From NCBI RefSeq assembly GCF_009914755.1, contig NC_060941.1: a DNA stretch of 64,000 nucleotides; one strand, 5' to 3'. The first letter of the stretch is position 1. Each line of letters starts with the position of its first letter. Under the pieces are notes generated by a model. The model had not been told where the DNA came from. It was given only the letters and a program-made list of their open reading frames with translations, and did not search any database. This DNA comes from the human T2T-CHM13v2.0 reference genome, Homo sapiens. Shown here piece by piece: positions 1-16,429 of the stretch. The position numbers and the translations under genes were made by a program.

Positions 1-1185
1 TCAGCTCCAAGCTCCAGGTGTGTTTCTCATGGCCTGGGAGAAACAGAGCTGTTCTGGAAGAAGGCACCTTGGGACGGGACAAGACACTCTGCTCCAGCCT
101 GACTGGCCCTGATCAGGCCAACCTGCTTCACCCACTCTTGCCCCCACTGCCAGGATTATCATAGGCCCCCAGATCCGGTGCCTTCCTCCCACACCCACCA
201 GCCTGGCCAGGCTGGTGCCTATCCCACTTCCAGGAAGAGGGACATAAACACAGCTGGGGTGGACGAGGGCCCCCAGCATCCTCTCTGGAAGCAGTGAAGC
301 AGTCAGGGGCTCCAGGATGGATCAGGGAGAATCTGGGAATTCCTAGGACTCAGGTCAGGGAGTCCAGGGAGAGGAGAAGCTCCCGTTCCTAGAGCTGAGG
401 AAAGAAGTGGCAGGGTAGTCCCCTCTGAACACTGTGTTTGGATCCCTACCACCTCTGCCTCCATATCCGGTGGGTGTGAAGTGGTATCTCATTATGGTTT
501 GAATTGCATTTCCTTGACGACTAACGATATTGAACATGTTTTTGTATGTCTATTGGCCATTTGTATATCTTCTTTAGAGAAATGTCTATTCAGAATCCTT
601 TTTAACCATTTCACTGGCACGAAGCCACTAGGCTGTCCTCCCGCTTTCATGTCCCCACCACAGCCTGGCTTCCCTCTAGGTGCAGCTCTACCAGGCCCTT
701 TCCCTGCTTGAACCTTCAATGGCTCCCCACTGCTTGCAGCCAAACTTGCTAAAAAGTGTGAAAAGTGTTTTGTGAGAGGTTGGAAGAGGTTCTTCTGAAG
801 ATGATTCCATGGTTGAACCATGGTCAAAGGTTTGGAAAATGATACATACACTAACCCACTCCAGGACTTTGCCAATGCATATTAGCATATAAAAGGCTCA
901 GAGAAGTCCCAAAGCAAACAGTCCCCTCTTTTTTTCTTGTTTAGAGACAGGATCTTGCTATGTTGCTAAGATGACGCTGGATTCAAACTCCTAGGCTCAA
1001 GGGATCCTCCTGCCTCAGCCTCCTGAGCAGCTGGGACTACAGGCCCGGGCCACCATGCCTAGCAACAATCCTCTGCTTAACCCAGCATTTCCCAAGCTGT
1101 TTTGATGATAGATTCACACCCCCTACTTGTATTTATTTTTTACAGCTTTATGGAAATATAATTCACATGTCATAGAACTCATTCA

Positions 1186-1347
<162 letters not shown>

Positions 1348-2084
1348 TTAAGTTCTGAGGTACATGTGCAGGTTTGTTACACACATAGACATGAGACATG
1401 GTGGTTTACTGCACCTATCACCTAAGTATTAAGCCCTGCATTAGCTATTTTTCCTGATGCTGTCCCTCCCCTCGCCCTCTCCCCTGCCAAGCCCCAGTAT
1501 GTGTTGTCTCCCTCCCTGTGTCCATGTGTTCTCATTGTTCGTCTCCCACTTATGAGTGAGAACACATTAGGTTTCCTGTTCCTGTGTTAGTTTGCTGAGG
1601 ATAATGACTTCCAGCTCCATTCATGTCCCCGCAAAGGACGTGATCTCATTCCTTTTCATGGCTGAATAGTATTCCATGGTGTATATGTACCACATTTTCT
1701 TTATCCAGTCTATCACCGATGGGTATTTGGGTTGATTCCATGTTTTTGCTATTGTGAATAGTGCTGCAGTGAGCATATGTTTGCATGTATCTTTATAATA
1801 TAATGGTTTATATTCCTTTGGGTATGTACCCAGTAATGGGATTACTGGGTCAAATGGTATTTGTGGTTCTAGGTCTTTGAGGAATCGCCACACTGTCTTC
1901 CACAATGGTTGAACTAATTTACATTCCCACTAACAGTGTAAAAGCATTCCTATCTCTCTGGGACCTCACCAGCATCTGTTGTTTCTTAACTTTTTAATAA
2001 TTGCCATTCTGACTGACATGAGATAGTACCTTGTTGTGGTTTTGTTTTGCATTTCTCTAATGTCAGTGGTGTTAAGTTGTTTTT

Positions 2085-2403
2085 TGTTTTTGTTTTTTTT
2101 TTTTGAGATGGAGTTTCGCTCCTGTTGCCCAGGCTGGAGTGCAATGGCGCGATCTTGGCTAACCTCAACCTCCGCCTCCCTGCAACTTCCACCTCCTGGG
2201 TTCAAGCGATTCTCCTGCCTCAGCCTCTGGAGTAGCTGGGATTACAGGCATGCACCACCATGCCCAACTAATTTTGTATTTTTAGTAGAGACTGGGTTTC
2301 TCCATGTTGGTCAGGCTGGTCTCGAACTCCCGACCTCAGGTGATCCGCCCGCCTTGGCCTCCCAAAGTGCTGGGATTACAGGTGTGAGCCACCGCGCCCG
2401 GCT
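2085..2403 (-). mobile_element. Alu
   Basis: Antisense Alu consensus with poly-T. Confidence 0.95.
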
Positions 2404-2768
2404 GAGCTTTATTTCGTGTTCGTTGGCCGCATAAATGACTTCTTTTGAGAAGTGTCTGTTCATGTCCTTTGCCTACTTTTTAATTGGGTTGTTTTTTCCC
2501 TGTAAATTTGTTTAAGTTCCTTGTAGACTCTGGTATTAGACCTCTCTCCAATGGATAGGTTGCAAAAAAATTCTGTAGGTTCGCTCTGATGATAGTTTCT
2601 TTTGCTGTGCAGAGCTCTTGAGTTTAATTAGATCCCATTTGTCCATTTTTGCTTTTGTTGCAATTGCTTCTGATGTTTTCGTCATGAAATCTTCACCCGT
2701 GACTGTGTCCTGAATGGCATCGTCTAGATTTTCTTCTAGGGTTTTTATAGTTTTGGGTTTTACATTTA

Positions 2769-3099
<331 letters not shown>

Positions 3100-3107
3100 T
3101 TAAGTTA

Positions 3108-3221
<114 letters not shown>

Positions 3222-3678
3222 TCAGATTTGTTGAAGATCAGATGGTTGTAAACGTATGGTCTTATTTCTGAGTTCTCTATTCTGTTCCATTGGTCTATGT
3301 GTCTGTTTTTGTACCAGTACCATGCTGTTTTGGTTATTATAGCCTTGTAGTACAGTTTGAAGTCGAGTAGCATGTTACCTCCAGCTTTGTTGTTTTTGCT
3401 TAGGATTGTCTTGGCTATATGGACTCTTTTTTGGTTGCCTGTGAATTTTAAAATCATTTTTTCTAATTCTGTGAAGAATGTCAATGGTAGTTTGATGGGA
3501 ATAGCATTGAATCTATAAATTACTTTGGTCAGTATGGCCATTTTCATGATATTCATTCTTCCTATCCATGAGCATGGAGTGTTTTTCCATTTGTTTGTGC
3601 CCTCTTTGATTTCCTTGAGTGAGCTTGGTGGCACAGACCTGTAGTCCCAGCTACTCAGGAGGCAGGAGAATCTCTTGA

Positions 3679-4110
<432 letters not shown>

Positions 4111-4111
4111 C

Positions 4112-6220
<2,109 letters not shown>

Positions 6221-7146
6221 GTTGATATCCTTCTTGTATCTTTACAAAATATCCAATAGCATCTTATGGGACTCTGGTGCTCCAGGAAACACTAACTGGA
6301 AAATGTTGATGAGGTCCAAGTTTCTTAGTCAACACAAGGCATCTCACCATCTGCCCCCAACTTGTCTTTTCCCAATTTCTCTGGACTGGCCTCTTGCTAT
6401 TCTCTAGACTTGCACCGGGGTTTTCCTGTCTCTGTGCCTTAGTGTGTACTGTTCTGTAGGTCACTCCCACGCACACATCTTTGCCTGCTGAAATTCATTC
6501 ATCCTCCAAGGAAAAATAATAGCTAATATTTATTGAGTGTTCAAGACGTACCTGACATTTTTTTCTAAGAACATTATTTGTGTTATCTCATTTAATTCTT
6601 GCAGTGACTCTATGAGGCATATACTCCTATTATACCCATTTTACAGATGAGGAAATCAGTGTTCAAGGTGATCAGGTAACTTGCCCATGGTTATGCAGTT
6701 AGCAAGTGATGGGGGAAGAATTTGAACCCAGGCAATCTGACTTGAGAGTCCCTGCTTTTAACAAATCACTACTCTCCTACCAGTCTTTGCTTATCTCTGC
6801 AACTCTGTCCACCACTTTATTTGTACTAAAGTATATTTACTGAGCTTCACCCAGTATTTTACTGAAAGAACAAGTTAGTGAGTGAGTAAAAGAATGAATA
6901 GAACTGGATTGTCAGAGTTGGAAGGGATCCAAGTAGTGGTATGCATTCCAGCATAATGACCTGACTTGATGGATGGGGAGGTCTCTGCAACTCCTCCAGG
7001 GTCATAAGGTAGGGACAGAGGTGACATCAGGGCCCAGGTCTCTGCCCCTTCTGCCGGGCAGTGTTGACGCCATGCTGGCTGCACCTCCATGCAGCATATT
7101 ACTTGAGTATCTCCTTTGTTTCAGACTCCAATCTGAACTCAGTCCG

Positions 7147-8234
7147 AGGCAAACAGGACAAGACCCCTGGGACCCTGCCCTGTCTCCCTCCTCCAGGGAA
7201 GGAGGGTTAGGCCCGGCAGAGCTGCTCTTGGGCTTCAAGACCCTCCTGGTTCCTCCCCCATGCAGGGCCATCCCTGGGGTCTCAACCTAGCTTTCTCTGT
7301 TTCCTTGGAGGGAGCATCGGGAATGAAAGGCGGCAGGCAGCCAGGGGCACAGGGTGGGGCGGAGGAAGGGCCCCAGGTCCGGTTCATTTCCTGGCACCGT
7401 TGTTTGCTGCATGCCCCTGGCTTCTGGTGGCTGTTTCCACCACGCCCACAGTGTCCCTCCCTGGCTGAGTGGGCAGCTGGCCTGGACTGGAATTCTCCCA
7501 TATCCTCGGCCTCCGTCATCTCTCCGCTGGGGCCATTCTCGGAGCCCAGCAGATCTGGGGGAGAATTCTGCTCCTCGCACTGCGCATGACCTTGGGCATG
7601 TCACTTTGCCAGTCTGGGCCTTTGTTTCCTCTTCTGGAAAAGGGGAAAACATGACTGATCTCACAGGCTTGTCATGAAGAATCAAGGATAATATACATGA
7701 AGGCCTGGCACAGTAAAATTCCCAATAAAAACGACTATCCCTTTTTCTCTGCCTGCCTCTCCCAATTTCCCCCACTCTTCCAGGATGCCCACTTCCCCCT
7801 GCCTCCCCATCCCTGTGTTGGAGTCTCAGTCTGAGCCCTAGGTAGAGCCTTTTCTGGGGTCCTCTGTGATGGGAACACCTTCCCCAGGTGCTGATCCCTC
7901 TGCCAACTCTTGGGTACCCATAGAAACACACATGCCTCACAGTGATGGGACCTGAGAGGACCCACGGGGACATCGTAAGTGTTTTAATGGACCAGAGGAG
8001 GTTCAATTTGACCACATCATTGATCTCCATCCAAGCAGAACACTGTAGTAGCAGCCATTGGCAGGGTGGAGAAAGAGGGTCTGAGCTGGCTTTCCTAGAG
8101 GTCAGAGCTCCTGGTGGAGAGAGAGCTGCTGCCACGCCCTGCCACCATGGCCGCCATCATCCCAGTAGAAAATAGGCAAACAAGACAAGACCCCCGGGAC
8201 CCTGCCCTGTCTGCCTCCTCCAGGGAAGGGGGTT
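7147..8234 (+). repeat. Direct repeat: ~62-bp copies at 7147-7208 and 8174-8234
   Basis: 3 mismatches and 1 indel by manual alignment. Confidence 0.93.
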
Positions 8235-9267
8235 TATTTTCTATTTATTTTACTATGTGCTGGGCACTGTCTGAGTCTTCATTTACTCTCCACAAGGGTT
8301 CTATGATTGGGGTGCAATTATCAACTCCATTTTACAGATAGAGAAATTGAGGCATGGAGAGCTGAAGCAACTTCACCCAAGCTAATAGGTGACCTAATGT
8401 GGCTCATGCTCCATCAGAGGGAGAAACAGACCTATGCTGAACTGGAAAGCATCGGCCAAGACTTGGGAAGCCTGGAAGTTGGTGGATTTCAGTTGGCCTT
8501 GAAGGAAGGGGAGCTTTCAACAAGCAAGAGGAAGCTAGAGTGTTGCAGGGAGAGGGCCCGCCAAGCAAAGTCCTGGAGAAAGTGGCAGGCAGGTGTTTGG
8601 GGCATGAAGACCTGCCTCACAGGCTGGGGTTGTGCAGAGAGTGGAGGACAGGGGCTGAAGGTGAGCCCTGAGAAGGCCTCATGGCACTGCACACCCACCG
8701 TCCCTGCCAGTGTGCAATCATGGCCTGCATCCTGGCCCCACTCCCAGGCCATGGGGTCCCTCCCACCCCAATGCACATTAGCCTCTAACTGGCCTCTGGT
8801 CATCTCTGAGCCATAGTTTCTTTATTTGCAAAGAGGTAATAATAGCCATGCCCAACTCTCAGGGCCGTGGGGAGGGTTAACTGAGCCATCCATGGGAAGC
8901 ACCTGGCGTTGGGCCCAGCACACGGTGCCCTTCCCTTCCCTTCAAGTCAATCATCTCCTGGCTCCAGGAGGCCATCTTATTCCCTGATCTGACCCCACTC
9001 AAAACCCAACCCTGGATATCTTACAGAACCAAGCCCAAAGCTCAGCTCCCCAGCCCAGAGTCTGAGGTCCTTTGCAAACCACCTTGCTCACCTTCAGGTG
9101 CAGAAAGGAGGGAGGGACTCTCAGAGAATGAATGAAGTAGGGACCACTGGAGCTGCAGACAGGGTCACCAAGAAGCTAGAATGAGAAGAGGGCTGGAAGG
9201 AAGAGCAGAGCTGAGGAACTAGAGCCCAGGGTGCAAGTGGTGAAAGGCCTATAGAAATTGGGGATTA

Positions 9268-9618
9268 GGGCCAAACAGGCTCACGTCTGTTATCCCAGCA
9301 CTTTGGGAGGCTAGGGTGGGTGGATCAATTGAGGTGAGCAGTTTGAGACTAGCCTGGCCAACATGGTGAAACCTCATCTCTACTAAAAAAAATACAAAAA
9401 TTAGCTGGGTGTGGTGGTGGGCCCCTGTAATCCCAGCTACTCTGGAGGCTGAGGCAGGAGAATCACTTCAACCCAGGAAGTGGAGGTTGCAGTGAGCCAA
9501 GATCACGCCACTGCACCCCAGCCCGGGTGACAGTGTCTATCTCAAAAAACGAAGAAAACGAAAGGGAAGGGAAGGGGAGGGGAAGGGGAAGAGAAAGGGG
9601 AAGGGGAACGGGAAGGGA
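9268..9618 (+). mobile_element. Alu with tail converted to (GGGAA)n polypurine tract
   Basis: TSD agaaattggggattag at 9253 and 9619. Confidence 0.93.
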
Positions 9619-11860
9619 AGAAATTGGGGATTAGGAGGGTTATCTTGGGTGAGCTTCCTGTGGGCCCAGCCTGACCGCACAAAGCCAGGCTGGCACAGCC
9701 TGGTCAACATCAAAGCCAAGGCCCCAGGGAAAGACCTCTAAGAATTTTCCTCTGTTCATGGGTTTAGCATGGACCACCTTGTGGTCCCTTTGGGCTTCAG
9801 TCCCCTTGTGTAGCTCCAACCCTATCCCAGGGTCTTTGGCAAATTGCCAGCTCCAGCTTCTAGGGCTTCTCCAGGCCCTAGAAGTGGTAGAGACTTCCTG
9901 GCTGTCCTTGCTGCTGCCCTCTTCCCATGTCCCCTGTATCCCACCTGCCACCAGCTCCTGCTTAGCCCCTCCCCTAAATGTCCCTCGAGCCTATCTACAT
10001 TTCCACAGACCCTTACCCTTTCCCATTTTCACCCCCATATTAACTCCCAGGTGGATCTCCTTAACTCCCGATCAGAGGGAGCTTTGGACCCACAAAGGCT
10101 GTCGGCTCATTCTCATGCATGAATCCATCAGCTCCCCTCAGTTCCAAGGCCAGCAAGCCAAGGCCTAAACTCGGGCAGGCACCAGTGTTTCCTGAGCATG
10201 TCCCTATGTCCCTCATGTTGCTGTGCCGTGGTTTCTGCCCCACTGCCCTGCTCCTGTTGCATCTGGCTCCCCTCCCTTCTCTCTGCTGTGTGGTGGGCTG
10301 GGCTCTCACTCTGCCTCTGGGTCACACCTGTCAGAAATGCTGCCCAGGGTGGTTCTGCCATTGAGGGCGTGGCCCTGACACCCCCCAAGCCCTATCTGAC
10401 TCCTCCACTCAGAGGGGTCCCTGACGTCCATGACAAGGTGGGTAAGGGTTCCTCCACAGGGAGAAGGCCAAGGTCTTGGGGGATTGTTTTCCGAGGACAC
10501 GAAAGCCCCTTCATCATTGCCCTCATCCTGTTAACAGCCTGAGAAGCAGGTGCCACGGGCCTGGCTGGAACCCCTGCCCACCCCACCTGCCCCCACTAAA
10601 TCATTCTTTATCCCAGGTCTTCCCCATGTTCTGGCCCTCCTGACCCCTGACCACCTTAATAGTTGCTTGACTCATTTGTACCTCGGGGCCAGAGTCTCTG
10701 TAGGCAATGCCGTCACTCTTGCCCCTTCCTGCCTGGGAGCACCCAGCGGTACTCTGCCAGGTAGGGCTCCTGCATTTAAACAGGAGCCTTCAGGGGGCAA
10801 GGGCCAAACCCATAGGAGGGCTGCCTAATAGTGAGCATGTCTGTGATCCTGGCAGGAAAGGAGAGAGCCATTGTGGGGATGGGGAACTTTTGTTGCCTCC
10901 CAGATCAAGCTCCCTAAGGGCGCCTTGCCCCGGGCATCAGACCTGGGGTCCCAAGAACAGGGCGTGTGCCTTCCCTCAGTCTACTCTAGGAGAGCTAACT
11001 CCTTAGTTTGGCTGGCGCTTGCAAGCAGGTTTCAAACCAGCAGTAATTAGTCCCACAGGGGTGAGGTCAGCAGTGAGGGGGCTTGTGGGAGCTGTGATGA
11101 GGGGTGAGGGCTGGGAGGAGGCTTCAGCCTGAGTTACTGAGGGCCTCAGTCCATTCAGAGCAGGCGAGGAGGAGGAAGTGAGTCAGTGGGCACAGCGATT
11201 CATGCCTTAGAATTCTGACTTTCTTTTTCAACCCACTGAGCCAAGACGTTTGTCCCAACAGGATCCTAGGGTGGGGGAGGGGACAGGAGGCAAGGGATAT
11301 TAAAGAGACAGGGCTGGCCTCTTATTCACTTGCATTGGGCTCCTGTTTTAGTGCCATAGAGTACGTGGTGATGGAACTCAGCTGGACACACCGTGGTTGA
11401 AGACCTGCCATGTGACGGAGAAGCTGCCATGGGGGCTGGGAAACGCAGGGGTCAACACTGAGCATAACCACCACCACTTGGTGGGAGAGCAGCTGACTTC
11501 TGGGCCCCAGTTCCATTTCAACAAACCCATGAATTTGGCATCTTTATGTGGAATTTATAGATGAGGAAGCAGGTGAAGGGACTTGTCCAAGGTCACAGTC
11601 CCACTGGTCTAATCATACTGCCAGCCTGAGCGAGAAGTCAGTGCGAGTCCTGGACAACTCAAGAGTGACTAGGGATGGGGGTTGGCGTTGGGGTGGGAAA
11701 AGGCTTTACTGAGGAAGTAGAAGCTCACGAAAGATTTTGAAGAACAAGTGGAGATTTTCCAACTGAACAAGTGGGGAAAGGGCATCCCAACCAGAGGCAC
11801 CGGCGCATGCAGAGGTTGGGTGGCATGGGCTGGCCTGGTGCTGTCGTGCCGGGCCTCTAC

Positions 11861-12250
11861 TGATGGCACCAGGTTCAAGAGGCCGAGGAAGAGACCCAGA
11901 GTCCGTGAACGAGATATAGGGTTTGTGGGGAGCTTACATGCAGGGACAGTCCAGTGGCAGTGGGCCAGACAGAACCACAACCGCTTGAAAAATGCATGGC
12001 ATTTATATAGCATTTTCACTTAGTACACTGCCCCAGCAACCTCTACCTGGCAACCCGCATTTAACCCAAAATAAAAGACCTCAATCCCCGGTCCCCTCCA
12101 TGGCTCGAATTCCACGAGAGATGGGCCAGGGGCTTAGATGTTCCTCATAGATAAGGAATGAGTCTCTGGGTTGCCCACTCTCGGATTCCTTAGCTCCAAA
12201 TTCCGAATGCAGATTCTTCTCAAGTTATTGCTGTCAGGTGTATCTGCCAT
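11861..12250. mobile_element. Probable solo LTR (family not assigned)
   Basis: TG...CA-bounded ~390-bp segment resembling ERV LTR repeats by eye. Confidence 0.4.
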
Positions 12251-13486
12251 GCAGGTGTGCTCGTGGAATCCTGCTGGGAGTGGGGACCAGGCACCGAGAC
12301 AGAGGCTATTACAGGAGGAGCCCCTTGTTGAGGAAGAAGGGAAGATGCTAAGTACTTCTGGATACATGGAGTCCAAGGAGCCTGCGGCCAGCCAGAGGTG
12401 GCTGGCAAGAGTTAAACATCAAGGCTGGAGCCTGGCGGGTTTCATCAGCATGGAGGAGAATGTTAACGAACAAGGGGTCAACTGAGGAGACATAAGAGAT
12501 GAGAATCACAAACAGAGGCCCAAAGTGGACTGAGGAATCTTGCAAGAGGGAGAGAGTTCTAGGAAGGAGAGGGTAGAGAGGAGTTTAAATAAAATACAGA
12601 TGGAGAGGTCAACAGGTCGCTGCTGCCACCCTAGAAAGGTCAGAGGGCAAGGGGCCAAAGTTGACCATAGTGTTTGCCCATCAGAAGAGCCTTGTGCCCA
12701 AGGAGAGAAGGAGGATCCAGTGAGACGGAGGGGGCTGAAGGCAGACTGGGGAGGTGGAAAGGGTCACGATAAACCTAAGGTCAGGATCCCTACTCCAGGG
12801 AAGGGTGGACAGGTGACTCCACTCAGAGGATGTGACTTCTAGGCTGTGACCTCCTGGAAGAATAGAGGGTAGCCCAGATGACTGGTGGTGGAGAAACAGC
12901 AAAAGGCTGGAGGCAAGAGGAAGACTGGCTCCATCGAGGAACTGCAAGGTGCTCTGTGGCCTGGGTGAAGAATTAGAAGGGGTGAGGGGCAGCGGAGGGC
13001 GGAGGGGGGGGGCGTGGAAAGATGAGCAGGGCCATCTCAGGGATGGCGTTGTATGCTGAGGGCAGCAGGAAACCATCAGACATACCAAGTAGGAAACAGA
13101 CTTGGGGAGATTTGCAGGAACCCCACTCTGGCTGCCATGCAGGTGGTAGGGAGAGTTGGAGGCAGGGAGGGCAACAGGAAGCACTGGCAGTCATCCAGGG
13201 AGAAGGGACAGAAAGGAGCAGACACACTGGCAAGACAGCAAGAAGGCAGAATCAGGGACACAGTGATTGGCTGAGCTGGGTGAAGAGAAGGAGGAGCAGA
13301 CATTCAAGCTTCCAGCGGGGATGAGCCCCTGGAGCAGAGCACTCGGGTGCCCCAAGTGCTGGTGCCTGAGGAACTTCCAATCAGGAACTTGGATTCAGCA
13401 ACTGAATTCACGGGGCCAGAACTTGGGAGGGTGCTGATTTGGGAGTTATCACCATATGGTCTGAGTTATTAAGAGCCAATAAGATG

Positions 13487-13758
13487 GGCTGGGCATGGTG
13501 ACTCACACCTGTAATCCCAGCATTTTGGGAGGCTGAGGAGGGAGTTCGAGACCAGCCTGGCCAACATGGTGAAACCCTGTCTCTACTAAAAATACAAAAA
13601 TTAGCCTGGCGTGGTTGTGTGTGCCTGTAACCCCAGCTACTCGGGAGGCTGCGGAGAATTGCTTGAAACCGGGCGGCAGAGTTCGCAGTAAGCCAAGACT
13701 GTGCCATTGCACTTCAGCCTGGGCAGAGTGAGACTCCCTCTCAAAAAAAAAAAAAAAA
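13487..13758 (+). mobile_element. Alu with internal deletion in left monomer
   Basis: TSD aagagccaataagat on both sides. Confidence 0.93.
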
Positions 13759-16042
13759 GAGCCAATAAGATAATTTTTACCTAAATATCAGTAAGGCACA
13801 ATGGAGAGGATTTCCCACTTTGGTATTTTAGTCTTTATTTCTACCTGAGCAAATAACCACATTTCATCTAGTGTACGGCAGATACATGCCTGTATCCATT
13901 AGTATTGCATTACGAAGAAGGCAATGAAACTCAGCACTGATGAGCCATGAGGGCGATGGCCCCTAATAGGGCAGGTCCGGGTTGGCCAGCCACGTGGATA
14001 CCCGACCAGAAGTATGTGCCATGTCCAAGGTGGACGCCACCATCGTCCATTCACCCAGCTACTCCCAAGGGCCTTACTTGACCCTGTTTCCAACCACAGG
14101 ACCAATCACAGCCACTGGTGGAAGGATAAATACAGACACACACACTTCTCACTCCTGCCCCTGAGGAACCGGCTCTGGAGGAAAGCCCATCACTGTGGAG
14201 TTGGAGAAACCTGGGGTGTTACCAGCCACAGTGGGGAGGTATTCATACCTCCTGCACCTTGGGCATGTCAGTATTTTCAACCATAGCCTGGGAGGCATCT
14301 ACGCCTCCTAGGGTTATTAGAAAGTAACACACGTAAAAGGCTGCACACATAATATGTGCTCCATAAATATTTGTTCCCTATCTATATTCAAATATACATA
14401 AAACATTCAGACATGCAGTCGCATAGGCAAACACCTGTGAATGCATAAGGGCCCATGTGCACAGACACATGTTTTGATCATCATACGTGTAGGAACCCTC
14501 TACCCCCAGTGGAGTGTCTAGGGAGTTAGTGGGTAAAAGTAGATGAAGCCCTGCCCCCGACCTCTCCAGATTTCCCACCTGAGCACAGAACCCTGCCAGT
14601 AAAGAGGCTTCTCCACAGGAAATGGCAAGGCCCTTGGGGGGTGGTGACTCAGCCCTGACTCAGCCATGTGGCCTCCTGGGCTCCAAAGGGCCACCTTGAC
14701 TTGAGGTTGAGAATGCTGTAGGCACAGCAGAGTCTTAATCTCCCAGCCAGGAAAGAAGGGGACTCTGGGGGCCAGGGCAGGGCATGTGCAGCAGGGCCAG
14801 GCCCTGGGCAGTAGGAAAGGAAGAGAGAGACAGAGGGATGGCAGGCAGGGAAGTCCCCGGATGTTTGGGGCCTACTCACCACGCCCTCATAGAGATCATT
14901 GCCTATTAATCCCCAGAAAGCCTCTGCACTTTCCCTCCTTCACTTCCAGCATCCCTCTCGCCCCACACCTGTCCCTGAAGTCCCAGTCAAATCAGTACCC
15001 TGGGCCTTTCTTACTCATTCCCTCTCTCCCTCCCTCAGCCCTGCTCCTGCTCAGCCCACTTCTTGGCCAAATTATTACAGTAGCTGCCTTCCCCCACAAC
15101 CCAGTCTGTCCTGGCAAAGTCAACTTCATGTGGCAGCCAGAATGTTCTGACAGCCCCCTTTGTCCCACAAGCACCACCCCTAACATACAATGCAAAGTGG
15201 GTTTAGCCTGTTTAAATGTGAGAGCAACCAGAACATGAGGCCACATCCTGGCCTCCTCTAAGTCATCCCCGGGTTGGGACTCAGCCCAGGATTGGTACAT
15301 AGTAGGCTGTCAATGAATGCTTGAGCCTGGCAGATTCTGAGCCAGGGGAATCGCCTGGACTAGGCCTGCATCTGGGCCATAGGAGAAGGAAATCTGATAA
15401 ATCCATTCAATCTTCAGCACTCCTCCCTCCCTCCCTCTTCAGTAATTTGCATTTTCAATTCAAGTCAGATAGACCCCTGAGTCTCAGTCCAATAGCTGAG
15501 ATTTGGTACACTTCGTTGAACAGATATTAGAAGGTTTGGGATACAATGAATGTAGATTGGGGAATAGTGAGAGATTTCTCTCCAGCCCTTTCATTTCACA
15601 CATGGAGAAACCGAGGCCTGGAACGGAAGGTAACTTGCCCAAGGTGAGAAGGCAGAAGAGAGCTTGCATTCAACGGAGGGGCACACCATTGCAATTCCTT
15701 GTTATTTTTCCAGCAGCTGCCTGTGTGCTTCACGTCTCTGTGCTGATCTGCCCGAGAGGTGATGGTGTCCATTGGTGTGCTCTGGGGCTCTGGGAGAGTG
15801 AGATGAGGGCTGGGGAGAGGGCAGGTAGAGGAAGACTTGTGGGAACACAGCAAGCGCTAAATAAACAGAAGCCGCCTTTGTGGGATATTGACATTGTCAT
15901 TGTTCCAGCTGGGAAAACTTCACCTGAACCAGGACCCAATTTTTCTGCCTCTCTTCTCCAGCTCCTTTCTTTCCCTGTTGTCCAGATACACCTCCTCCAG
16001 GGAGCTTCCATGACCCCCCAGCAGAACTCACCATTTGCATGT

Positions 16043-16429
16043 TGTTACGGTCACCTGCAGAGGCAGATGGATCCCATCCAAGGTTTGGTTTGAATGAAGA
16101 CTGACGACACCACCCAAACACCAAGAGAGTATGAAAAGGTTTATTATTTACATAATTGAGGTCTCCAGGGGGAGCAGGGGCAGTCTTTCAAGCAGGTCCC
16201 AGATGTGTTGGGAGAGCCAGGAAGGAGACTGGCCTGGGTTTTTATTGTGGTTGAGGGGTGAGGGTTCCCTCAGGAAGGGGCTTGTGAATATTCCCCCTCA
16301 AACACCAAAGGAGGGTGCACCCAGACTTTCTTATCAGCTTGTCCAGGTGTAGGGCACAGAGAAGAGGGAAGGGTGAGGCTTAAAATCTGTCAGCAAACAT
16401 CAACAAATGGACTTAGACTCCTCATTACA
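16043..16429. mobile_element. Probable solo LTR (MER54/MER73-like ERVL)
   Basis: TGTTAC...TTACA termini, internal minus-strand AATAAA, resemblance by eye. Confidence 0.45.

Noticed and set aside
7287-8135. 282-aa minus-strand ORF
   Set aside because: No recognisable domain, crosses MIR-like sequence; consistent with a chance ORF in GC-rich DNA
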